A stretch of 24,000 nucleotides of DNA, from assembly GCA_050043005.1 (NCBI GenBank), contig JBHJIZ010000069.1, positions 1 to 24,000 on the forward strand, read 5' to 3'. Made by a program: the position numbers and the translations under genes. Below, in pieces: positions 7,216-14,684 of this stretch. The stretch is from Paracoccaceae bacterium. Its GTDB lineage: Bacteria; Pseudomonadota; Alphaproteobacteria; Rhodobacterales; Rhodobacteraceae. The notes under the pieces are model-generated. The model saw nothing but the letters and a program-made list of their open reading frames with translations, was not told the origin of the DNA and did no database searches. Positions within the stretch are counted from its first letter, which is position 1. Each line of letters starts with the position of its first letter.

Positions 7216-9516
7216 TCAGACTGCCGTGCGTGGTTCTTCGGACTCTGAAGGCATCGTGAAGTCCTCTGCGGTTTCGGAACTTGATTGTGCTTCGGCTTCC
7301 CATTGCGCCAGCATCGCTTCGATATCGTCATCTGCTGGCGTCTCTGTGTCGTTCGAGTCCGGATCGTTTGAGGACAAGTCACCTTCCAAGCCGCCGGGAT
7401 CCTGTTCGCCAAAGCTGTCGTCGGCAGGAGGCGACTCAGGATCTTCGACCGCCCATTCGGTAGAAAACTGGTGCGCGTCATTCTCCTTGGACGGAACTTC
7501 ACCGTGTGTCGTGATGTCTTCGATCGCGGATGCGTCGACAGTGAAGTGCGCCATCGATGCACTCATTTCCTGAGTGAGGACGGACATTTGTTCTACGCCC
7601 TTCGACAAACGTTCACCGCCTTGAGACAGTTCTGCAACCACGCTCTGCAGCTCAAACAGTGAAGAGTTCGTATCTTCAGTCTGTGCGGATTGCGCAGCAA
7701 TACTATACGAAATCTGCTGAATCAGGCTGGCAGATTCGGTGATCATCTGAACCATCCGATCAAGCTGAGCACTCGCCGATTGAGCCTGGTTCGCCGTCTT
7801 GGCCGAGAGTTGCTCTATCTCTGCTGCGGCGAACATCGAGCGATCGGCAAGCTTGCGGACTTCCTGAGCGACAACCGCAAAGCCACGACCATGCTCGCCC
7901 GCTCTCGCCGCCTCGATCGAGGCATTCAAGGCCAGAAGGTCAGTTTGGCGAGATATCTCCTGCACGACTGTAACTCTTTGAAGAATCTCCTGGATCGCGC
8001 TCACGGCGTCCTTGACGATTTTCCCACATTCCTGAGCTTGGCTTGCAGCTTCGCTGGCACGCGACTCCGTCGTTGCGGCCTGATCCGCGCTAGCGTTCAG
8101 TTCCTCGCTGATCGTGTTCAGTGACGCGACGGCGGTATCCATCGCGGCGGCTTGAGAACGCATCGAACTGAAGAAGGTCTGAGAGAATGCGCCCAGGTTG
8201 CCGGAAAGATCCGTCAATTGCTCCAGCGTGACACGACCATCGCCAACGACCCGTTGCAGCGTCCTGGTCATGTCCTCGAATGACTGTCCGAGCGCATCCC
8301 TCTCCGAAACAGTTTCGATACTGATCCGCAAATCGCCAGCGGCGACTTGTCCGGCCAGCCGGGACATGGCTACGAACGACAGCCTGAGAAACCCGACTGT
8401 GTCAAGGATACGGCCAAACTCGTCTTTCCGGTCGGACCCGCACACAGGTATGTCCGTGCCGCCCTGCAAACATAGGTCCAATGCCTCGGTGGTGGCTTTC
8501 ATACCCGAAGCAAACCGACGCATCGCCAGAATGGCAAGAAGCAGAACCAGCAAGATTGAGAGCGCGGCAATCGTCGCACCAACCGAAGCGCTGAAGTCAG
8601 CACTGCTAACCATAGCGTCGACCCGGGCCCGCGTAGCAGCGCGGTGTTCTATGATTGCAGTGTGAAACGCATCAATCGGTTGAGCTGTATCCGCAAACCA
8701 TTCGGCAACTGTGACCGACCTTCCCGGATCGCGCGCCGATAAGTCGGTGATCGCTTGGGACATCCCACCTAGCCAGTCGGCTCGAAGATCTCTGAGCGCA
8801 ATTGCGTCGGCTGAATGAACACGGTCCCGGCGGATGGTATCAAGTTCGTCCATCGTGAACCGAACGTTGTCACGTACACTCTCAAAGAGTTGAGATGCGA
8901 TCCGTACTGATACGCCTGATTTGTCTTCCGATGCGTTTTGTACCACCAATCCACCGACAGTCCGGAGCTGCCCAATTTGATCCTTGGCACGTTCCAAGAG
9001 CGCCAAGCCCATCAAATCGCGTCCCAGTTCCGACCCACTTGCGAAGTGTTGCGCTGCCGCTATCTGGCCGATCAAACCGTGAATGATCGATGTGTACTCA
9101 CTGCGAACGTAGATGCCGTCTGCGGGCGTTCCATCCAACGCGCCACGTAGCTTCGAGAGCCGCGAAACAATGGTCTTGATTGCCTCCGCGTGTTTCGTTG
9201 CTTCGCCCTCTTCAACGGGACCTTTTGCAAGGAGTTCGTTGATGGCGACGTCAACCGCACCGCGTTGCGAACGCAGCTCCTGCCTGCTGGGCCGGTCATC
9301 AGTGGAGATCAAAACCAGGTGCGCGAGGCTTCGTTCCTTCTGTAGTTCATGTATCAGGCTGGAAGCATTGGCATTGATCTGGAGCGCTTCACTCAGTTTG
9401 CCCAGAACTGCGCGATCCGCCATCGAGTTCGACGTGACGTAAGCCGCCAAGGCCAACATCATCAAGAATGGCACAATGATCGCGGCCCCGATCAGCGCTT
9501 TTAATGACCTATGCAT
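7216..9516 (-). CDS. Methyl-accepting chemotaxis protein with a NIT-like periplasmic sensor, HAMP domain and acidic C-terminal tail
   Basis: I prefer the start at 9516 (MHRSLKAL; RBS GAGGGGAG) over the track start at 9543. There are two TM segments. The sensor region contains [12 protein letters not shown]..., typical of nitrate/nitrite-sensing (NIT) domains; this call is tentative. The canonical MCP hairpin tip [38 protein letters not shown] is present. The last ~110 aa are Asp/Glu/Ser-rich. Confidence 0.9.
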   Translation of the reverse strand: MHRSLKALIGAAIIVPFLMMLALAAYVTSNSMADRAVLGKLSEALQINANASSLIHELQKERSLAHLVLISTDDRPSRQELRSQRGAVDVAINELLAKGPVEEGEATKHAEAIKTIVSRLSKLRGALDGTPADGIYVRSEYTSIIHGLIGQIAAAQHFASGSELGRDLMGLALLERAKDQIGQLRTVGGLVVQNASEDKSGVSVRIASQLFESVRDNVRFTMDELDTIRRDRVHSADAIALRDLRADWLGGMSQAITDLSARDPGRSVTVAEWFADTAQPIDAFHTAIIEHRAATRARVDAMVSSADFSASVGATIAALSILLVLLLAILAMRRFASGMKATTEALDLCLQGGTDIPVCGSDRKDEFGRILDTVGFLRLSFVAMSRLAGQVAAGDLRISIETVSERDALGQSFEDMTRTLQRVVGDGRVTLEQLTDLSGNLGAFSQTFFSSMRSQAAAMDTAVASLNTISEELNASADQAATTESRASEAASQAQECGKIVKDAVSAIQEILQRVTVVQEISRQTDLLALNASIEAARAGEHGRGFAVVAQEVRKLADRSMFAAAEIEQLSAKTANQAQSASAQLDRMVQMITESASLIQQISYSIAAQSAQTEDTNSSLFELQSVVAELSQGGERLSKGVEQMSVLTQEMSASMAHFTVDASAIEDITTHGEVPSKENDAHQFSTEWAVEDPESPPADDSFGEQDPGGLEGDLSSNDPDSNDTETPADDDIEAMLAQWEAEAQSSSETAEDFTMPSESEEPRTAV

Positions 9517-9610
9517 GATTGCGCTCCCCTCACAGTGGCGCATCTCATAGAACAGATCTTCTTAAAAAGGGCTAACGAACCAGTCTATTTCAGGCACTTA
9601 TCTAAAATTA

Positions 9611-9638
9611 TTGAAGTTTCTATAGTGTTTTATATTTA
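9611..9638 (+). promoter_or_regulatory. Candidate sigma70-type promoter for the gas vesicle operon
   Basis: TTGAAG (9611-9616), 16 nt spacer, TATTTA (9633-9638), inside the AT-rich 224-nt divergent intergenic region about 130 nt upstream of the 9768 start. Pattern match only. Confidence 0.3.
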
Positions 9639-9767
9639 ACGAGACCTTGATGGGATACTTGAATGGGTAGCTCTGATGCGTCGCCTCAATAATTTATCCA
9701 AAAATCCTCGCAACAGCGTAACCGGAAATTTAACCAAGTATTCAAGTACAACAGGCTACGGAGCGAT

Positions 9768-10613
9768 ATGCTCCTGTCAATAGCTCTAGCCATAACGATC
9801 GCAGCTGGCATAGCGCTCGGCGTTCAGTTTCGACGGCGTTTGGTTGCCGTCTGTGTAAGACTTGAACGTCTCGAGGCGAACGGAGAGCACGACGCCACCA
9901 CACGGGCAGAAGACAGAGAGACGCAAACCCTTCGCGTTGAAGAGATTCTCTCTTCTCTTGCGACGCGTATTCGCACCGCCGAGCAAGGTTGGACGGAGCG
10001 GATCGAAGTTCTTGAGAACACAATCTCTGCGCGCCTGATCAATATGGATGCCATCCGTGAGGACTCCGAAGATCGCCGCGATCAGACCCTAATCGACAGC
10101 CGGTTGCAGGAATTTGAAAGGCGGATCACCGAAATCGCGCAACAGTTGGATGCGCTCTCGATCCAGATAAATAACGTCCCACGAAGCGGAGTCTTTGAAG
10201 ACCTGGAACAGAAATTGAACGAGGTCTCAGCCCGGTTTGATGGTGCCGAAGCAAGTTTGACGCAATATCGATCGATTGAAGATCATATCGCCACGTTGCA
10301 ATCCAAAATCTCGGAAATCGAGACAACGGCTGCCTCCCATGCATCAGCGCAAGCTGATCTGAGGACTGATGTGCAGCGGGAGAAGTCCAGTCTCAGCTCC
10401 CGAGTAGATGCCTTTGAAAGAGAGCTCCGACAATTCGCGGAGCGACTGCAAGGACAAACCGAAACCAGCGGTTTGGCATCTCAGCCAGCGACCGCGCCGC
10501 ACAAATCGACTGAAAAAGCAGGACGTATCGGCGACGTGTCTGACACGCGCGCCGCCAGCTTGGACAACACGATCGCATTGCCGGATCGCGTCGTCACAAT
10601 CCTAAACTCATGA
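9768..10613 (+). CDS. Membrane-anchored coiled-coil protein, first gene of the gvp operon
   Basis: 281 aa, RBS GGAG 5 nt upstream. The N-terminal hydrophobic segment LLSIALAITIAAGIALGV is followed by long heptad-like helical sequence rich in E/R/Q/L. No known family recognised. Confidence 0.6.
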   Translation: MLLSIALAITIAAGIALGVQFRRRLVAVCVRLERLEANGEHDATTRAEDRETQTLRVEEILSSLATRIRTAEQGWTERIEVLENTISARLINMDAIREDSEDRRDQTLIDSRLQEFERRITEIAQQLDALSIQINNVPRSGVFEDLEQKLNEVSARFDGAEASLTQYRSIEDHIATLQSKISEIETTAASHASAQADLRTDVQREKSSLSSRVDAFERELRQFAERLQGQTETSGLASQPATAPHKSTEKAGRIGDVSDTRAASLDNTIALPDRVVTILNS

Positions 10614-10641
10614 CCGATGCGCCAACCTTCGGAGGAAACAA

Positions 10642-11082
10642 ATGACTGAAATCAATCGCGATAAGATGACTGGGACGGACTGCAGCATCGTCGCTATTGG
10701 TAGGACGGGAACGGCTCCGCTACGCTTCAAAGGCATGCGGCAAGTCGCACGCCGTTACGAGACTGATTTTTTGCAAGCCAACTTAGCGCTATGGCGTTGT
10801 GCGACGGGCGGCTACGTTGCTCATCTCGAGCTGATGGAGGCCGGTCAGAGGCAAAGCCACGCGCACCGCGTTGGAACTGTTTCCGAAGCGTTATCCTTCT
10901 TCGCATCCCTGCGCTCGAGCATGCCGGATGTGCCTGAACCGCAGCCGGGAAAGAAAAAACGTCAGTCGATTGATGCGGTTGCGAAGGTTCTCCTGAAGCG
11001 ATCGCGAACCCTGAGCGCGCGGGACGCCTTGGAACAATTGATCGAAGATTTCTCGGACACCCTCATTGTAGGGGCGCTTTGA
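10642..11082 (+). CDS. Unknown protein, paralogue P3 of the P1/P2 family
   Basis: 146 aa, RBS GGAGG 6 nt upstream. The blocks GTAPLRFKG ... ANLALWRCATGGYVAHLEL ... HRVGTVSEALSFF are collinear with P1 and P2. Confidence 0.6.
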   Translation: MTEINRDKMTGTDCSIVAIGRTGTAPLRFKGMRQVARRYETDFLQANLALWRCATGGYVAHLELMEAGQRQSHAHRVGTVSEALSFFASLRSSMPDVPEPQPGKKKRQSIDAVAKVLLKRSRTLSARDALEQLIEDFSDTLIVGAL

Positions 11083-11187
11083 TCGCCATCACCGTTATCA
11101 AACGGATCCGCGCGGGCGAGTTTAGATATCGCTAACGAACTGCCGATACACCCAAGGTTGGCTCCTGTTAGAATTGCGAGGAACGCC

Positions 11188-12219
11188 ATGCCGAGAAAAG
11201 CGCATGCACCTGCCCGATCCAAGCCCGCTGCCTCGGCAAAGGGTGGCGTGGAAACGCCCGCTGCGGAAACTTCCACCGCAGAGAGAACGCCGCCAAGCCT
11301 GGCTGACGATGGACTCGACCTTTACGAAGATAGCGAAATCTCGTCGCTGCGCAGCCGGGCACATCTTTACTTGAGCCTCGGCATACCAGTGCACTTTCGC
11401 GGCCGTGCCGGGATGGGCAAAACAACACTCGCCCAAAGGGTCGCTCAAGAAGCTGGCCGCCCGGTCTCGATGATAACCGGCGATCACGCGCTCGTAGCGG
11501 CTGACTTGGTCGGCCGCGAGATCGGCTATGATTCTCAGCGGGTGCGCGATCGCTACGTACACTCTGTCAGCCGGTCAGAAGAGAAAGTCCGTGCCGTTTG
11601 GGCCGACGGCGTACTGACCAAGGCGATGCTGGAGGTCCATACGCTCATTTATGATGAGTTCACCCGCACGCCACCCGAGACAAACAACGTATTGCTTTCA
11701 GCACTTGAAGAACGGGTGCTCTATCTGAACCGCCCGTTGCGCGAGAGCGCGCAAGTGCGGGCGCATCCCTCGTTCAAGGTGATCTTCACCTCTAATCCGG
11801 ATGAGTATTCTGGCGTCAAAGCGGCTCCCGATGCACTTTTCGACCGCATGGTTTCGGTCGATGTCTCGCTCTGCAGCCCGGAGACTGAGGCGGGCATTGT
11901 TGCTTTCCGGACCGGCATTGGTCAGCCGGAGGCGACGGGGATCGTGACCCTGCTTCGCGCGATCCGGGACAAGCTTCCGGCGGCCAACCCACCCTCGATC
12001 CGTACCGCGATCATGATCGGCAAGATCGTCCGGACACTGGGCATGGCAACCAGCGCAAGTGATGAGCGGTTTGTTCAAGTCTGTTTGGATGTGTTGGAGT
12101 CGCGTTGTCCGAGCGACACAAACCGCGCCGAACGGGATCGTTATCTTGACGGATTGCGAAAAGAAATCCTGCGAACCGGTAGCAAACCCCGGACCGCAAA
12201 ACAGGAGGCGGCTGCGTGA
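11188..12219 (+). CDS. gvpN: Gas vesicle protein GvpN (MoxR/CbbQ-like AAA+ ATPase)
   Basis: Walker A GRAGMGKTT and Walker B LIYDEFTR are present, along with NVLLSALEE and FKVIFTSNP..Y.G...A.DAL.DR, as in GvpN. I prefer the ATG at 11188 (GAGGA 6 nt upstream) over the TTG at 11158 in the track. There is an Ala/Pro/Lys-rich N-terminal extension of ~60 aa. Confidence 0.9.
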   Translation: MPRKAHAPARSKPAASAKGGVETPAAETSTAERTPPSLADDGLDLYEDSEISSLRSRAHLYLSLGIPVHFRGRAGMGKTTLAQRVAQEAGRPVSMITGDHALVAADLVGREIGYDSQRVRDRYVHSVSRSEEKVRAVWADGVLTKAMLEVHTLIYDEFTRTPPETNNVLLSALEERVLYLNRPLRESAQVRAHPSFKVIFTSNPDEYSGVKAAPDALFDRMVSVDVSLCSPETEAGIVAFRTGIGQPEATGIVTLLRAIRDKLPAANPPSIRTAIMIGKIVRTLGMATSASDERFVQVCLDVLESRCPSDTNRAERDRYLDGLRKEILRTGSKPRTAKQEAAA

Positions 12220-12461
12220 AGCAACCAGTCCACCGATTACCGCGCCGAAGCCCTGTGCGCCCGCGCTCAACCGCCCGTTCCGGTGTGGAGATCGCTAAGG
12301 AACTCGTCCGCGCGGAGTTCGAAAAGCAGCGCCTTCGGCGTGAGCTTGATCGGCTCGAGCGCCGGGTCGCGCAAAGCCAGGCTGAATACATCGCGAACTC
12401 TGAGCGTGCCGTGCACTGTTGCGCCAAAATTCTAGACGATGAAACCAGGGAGTGGTCATGA
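12216..12461 (+). CDS. Small basic coiled-coil protein (81 aa), unknown
   Basis: The GTG start has an excellent RBS (AGGAGG 7 nt upstream) and overlaps the gvpN stop (GTGA). Its own stop overlaps the gvpO ATG (ATGA). An Arg-rich N-terminus is followed by EFEKQRLRRELDRLERRVAQSQAEY. Confidence 0.55.
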   Translation: MKQPVHRLPRRSPVRPRSTARSGVEIAKELVRAEFEKQRLRRELDRLERRVAQSQAEYIANSERAVHCCAKILDDETREWS

Positions 12462-12751
12462 CGACCGCGGATCGCAGCAAGAAGACATCGCCGCTGGGCG
12501 TCTCGCAGGTCATCGCGATCGCGCGCGACAATGTTGCTTTGTTTGCTGACATGCAGGTTGACCAAATCGTCTCGTGCAAGCGCTCGGGCGAGGATTGGCA
12601 AGTCGAGGTCGATCTGATCGAGGCACGTGCGAGGCTTGGCGACAATGACCTGATCGCAACATTCTCCATGACCGTCTCGCCAGATGGCAGTGTCCTCGGG
12701 ATCGAGCGATTGCGACGGTACACGCGGGACGATCTGAGGGCGACCGGCTGA
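12458..12751 (+). CDS. gvpO: Gas vesicle protein GvpO
   Basis: SQVIAIARDNVALFADMQVDQIVSCKRSGEDWQVEVDLIEARARLGDNDLIATFSMTVSPDGSVLGIERLRRYTR fits the GvpO pattern (..W.V.VE..E..R.P...D....Y.V.....G......R..RY.R). The ATG at 12458 is preceded by GGGAG. Confidence 0.8.
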   Translation: MTTADRSKKTSPLGVSQVIAIARDNVALFADMQVDQIVSCKRSGEDWQVEVDLIEARARLGDNDLIATFSMTVSPDGSVLGIERLRRYTRDDLRATG

Positions 12752-13065
12752 TGGGCAGCGATATTCAAAGTTCGATCCAATCCGATGGGCTGGCCGACAT
12801 CCTGGAACGGATCATCGACAAGGGCGTGGTGATCGCGGGCGATGTCACGGTTTCTCTCGTCGGGATTGAGCTGCTCTCGATAAAGCTGCGTTTGCTGATT
12901 GCCAGCGTCGATAAAGCAAAGGAACTCGGGATCAATTGGTGGGAGCATGATCCGATGTTGACGGCGCGCCCCGCCGCGGCCCTTGACGGTCCCGACATGA
13001 CCCGCTCCGAGATCCTCGAGCGAATCGCCGAGCTGGAAAAACAACTCGCGAGTTCGAACGCGTGA
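12751..13065 (+). CDS. gvpJ: Gas vesicle protein GvpJ (GvpA/J/M family)
   Basis: [51 protein letters not shown] is the hallmark GvpJ core. The ATG overlaps the gvpO stop by 1 nt (TGATG). Confidence 0.85.
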   Translation: MGSDIQSSIQSDGLADILERIIDKGVVIAGDVTVSLVGIELLSIKLRLLIASVDKAKELGINWWEHDPMLTARPAAALDGPDMTRSEILERIAELEKQLASSNA

Positions 13066-13081
13066 TGCGGAGACACATACA

Positions 13082-13648
13082 ATGACCCGAGACCGTAAGG
13101 ACCCAAGCGGGCGTGAGGCGCTTGAAGAGATCGAAACGCGACTGGGCGATCTGTTCGGTACGCTCGGCACGGCGCTCAACAGCGTGATTGATCTGGCCAA
13201 TGATGCAGAGTCTCGCAAGGGCGCCGGTCTGGAGCGGAGTTTCGATGTATCGAATGGTGCGTTTCGTGCGCAGTCCAGCGTGCGCGTGCGGGTTGGTGGA
13301 CTGGACGGTGGTTCCACGCGCGAAACCCGAGATGTGAGCAAACCGGTCAACCAACCGAAATCCAAAAGCACTCAAGATGCCAAGCCATCCACCAGAGAAC
13401 CGGTCATCGACACCTTTACCGACGAGGGTTATTGGGTCTTGACTGCTGAGATGCCGGGAATCCCGGAGGATGCTGTTTCGATCAAGGTCGATGGGAATAT
13501 GCTGATCTTGAAGGCTGAGGGCAGCCAGTCCTACCGGACCGAGGTCAACATTCCGCCAGAGCTTGATCCTGAAAGCCTGGAACATGCAGTTACCAATGGG
13601 ATACTCGAAATGCGCGGGCGCCTGCGCTCGACAGGTGAAGATCAGTGA
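13082..13648 (+). CDS. gvpH: GvpH-like protein with a C-terminal Hsp20/alpha-crystallin domain
   Basis: The C-terminal ~85 aa (VIDTFTDEGYWVLTAEMPGIPEDAVSIKVDGNMLILKAEG...HAVTNGILEM) follow the small-heat-shock ACD pattern. The N-terminal half is low-complexity. Its position matches gvpH-type genes in other gvp clusters. Confidence 0.7.
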   Translation: MTRDRKDPSGREALEEIETRLGDLFGTLGTALNSVIDLANDAESRKGAGLERSFDVSNGAFRAQSSVRVRVGGLDGGSTRETRDVSKPVNQPKSKSTQDAKPSTREPVIDTFTDEGYWVLTAEMPGIPEDAVSIKVDGNMLILKAEGSQSYRTEVNIPPELDPESLEHAVTNGILEMRGRLRSTGEDQ

Positions 13649-14436
13649 GTGTCTATCTCGTCGCCCTCTCAAACAGCGCCGCGGCACCGGCGCTTCGGTC
13701 CGTCCTTGCAGAGGTCGAGACCGGTCGTGATCTGTCTGCCGCCGAGGTGCTGTCGCTCGGACCACTGACGGCGATCGCATGCAACGTTGTCGCGCCCGAA
13801 ATCCGGCCCAACCGACGCAATCTGCTCGCGCACATGCGTCTCTTGGAAACAGCACAAAAAGTTGCAGAGGTACTGCCTGTTCGCTTCGGTCAGGTATTCG
13901 AAGATGCAGATGATCTTGCCGAAGGCATTGCCCCGCGGGTGGGCGCGATCCAGTCCGAGATCGCACGTTTGTCCGGAAAATCCGAGATCGCAGTCCGTGT
14001 ATCGGCGAACCGCGATCGGACCATCGCCTCGTTGGCACAGAGCCATCCAGATCTTAAGTCGCTTTACGGCACCATCTCAGCGAAGGGTGCCGCTGGACAT
14101 TTCGAGCTTATTGAGTTGGGGCGCAAAGTTGGCCAACACCTCAAGGGCTGGCGCGACGCGGCAGAAGACCACCTTCTCGATTTCCTCCGTCCAGCGGCCG
14201 ACGAATGTCAGGTCGATCCGCCGGCAGAAGACATTGAGATACTGCGTGCGGACTTTCTGATTCCAACGACTGGTCTTGAGGCCTTCGAAGCGGTTCTCTC
14301 CGAGGCCCTTTTGGAGCTTCCGCATACTTCATCAGAAGACGTCGTGGCTCGGATAGTCGGTCCAGTACCAGCCTGTCGCTTCGTGAAGTTGGAGTTTTCG
14401 CAAGGCGCTGCTCCTGTCCTTGGTAGCGCTGCCTAG
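13645..14436 (+). CDS. GvpF/GvpL family gas vesicle protein (copy 1)
   Basis: VYLVAL..., LLAHMRLLETAQKVAEVLPVRFGQVFED, LSGKSEIAVRV, ILRADFLIPT and GPVPACRF match the GvpF/L layout (Y.Y.., H..VL......LP.RFG.V, G..E..VKV, ...FLV.., GP.PPY.F). The GTG start overlaps the gvpH stop (GTGA). Confidence 0.85.
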   Translation: MSVYLVALSNSAAAPALRSVLAEVETGRDLSAAEVLSLGPLTAIACNVVAPEIRPNRRNLLAHMRLLETAQKVAEVLPVRFGQVFEDADDLAEGIAPRVGAIQSEIARLSGKSEIAVRVSANRDRTIASLAQSHPDLKSLYGTISAKGAAGHFELIELGRKVGQHLKGWRDAAEDHLLDFLRPAADECQVDPPAEDIEILRADFLIPTTGLEAFEAVLSEALLELPHTSSEDVVARIVGPVPACRFVKLEFSQGAAPVLGSAA

Positions 14437-14445
14437 AGGTTCGCG

Positions 14446-14682
14446 GTGCTTCTGAAACTCCTATCTTTGCCGCTGACTGCCCCGGTTCACGCGACGGTAT
14501 GGCTGGCGGGCGAAATCCACGGTGCAGCGGAAAGAGAGCTGAATGATCCGGCGCGGCTGAGGGCTGAACTGACGCAGCTAGAGCGTGCTCTAGAGGCCGG
14601 TGAGATCGATGAAACGACCTTCGAAGAGCGCGAGGAAGTGCTGATCATTGCGCTACAAGCTGCGCGGCGGGGAGAAACCTGA
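14446..14682 (+). CDS. gvpG: Gas vesicle protein GvpG
   Basis: 78 aa. LLKLLSLPLTAPVHATVWLAGEIHGAAERELNDPARLRAEL..LE.ALEAGEIDETTFEEREEVL is the typical GvpG pattern. GTG start with GAGG 7 nt upstream. Confidence 0.8.
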   Translation: MLLKLLSLPLTAPVHATVWLAGEIHGAAERELNDPARLRAELTQLERALEAGEIDETTFEEREEVLIIALQAARRGET

Positions 14683-14684
14683 GA

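Noticed and set aside
7055-7303. 82-aa minus-strand ORF. Its 3' part (about 7055-7195) lies in the AT-rich tal/MCP gap and could encode a ~46-aa peptide from a GTG.
   Set aside because: The 5' half overlaps the MCP tail in another frame. The possible short version has no convincing RBS and no recognisable motif. It remains a low-probability small ORF, or a remnant, because of its distinct AT-rich composition.
11698-12601. Minus-strand ORFs of 190 and 196 aa over the gvpN 3' end and the small coiled-coil ORF
   Set aside because: These are antisense artefacts. GvpN motifs occupy the plus strand there.
12295-14038. Very long minus-strand ORFs (12295-13371, 358 aa; 12932-14038, 368 aa) antisense to gvpO, gvpJ, gvpH and gvpF
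   Set aside because: The Arg/Ser/Pro/Ala-rich low-complexity translations are typical of antisense frames in GC-rich coding DNA. The plus strand carries unmistakable Gvp family proteins with RBSs and coupled starts.
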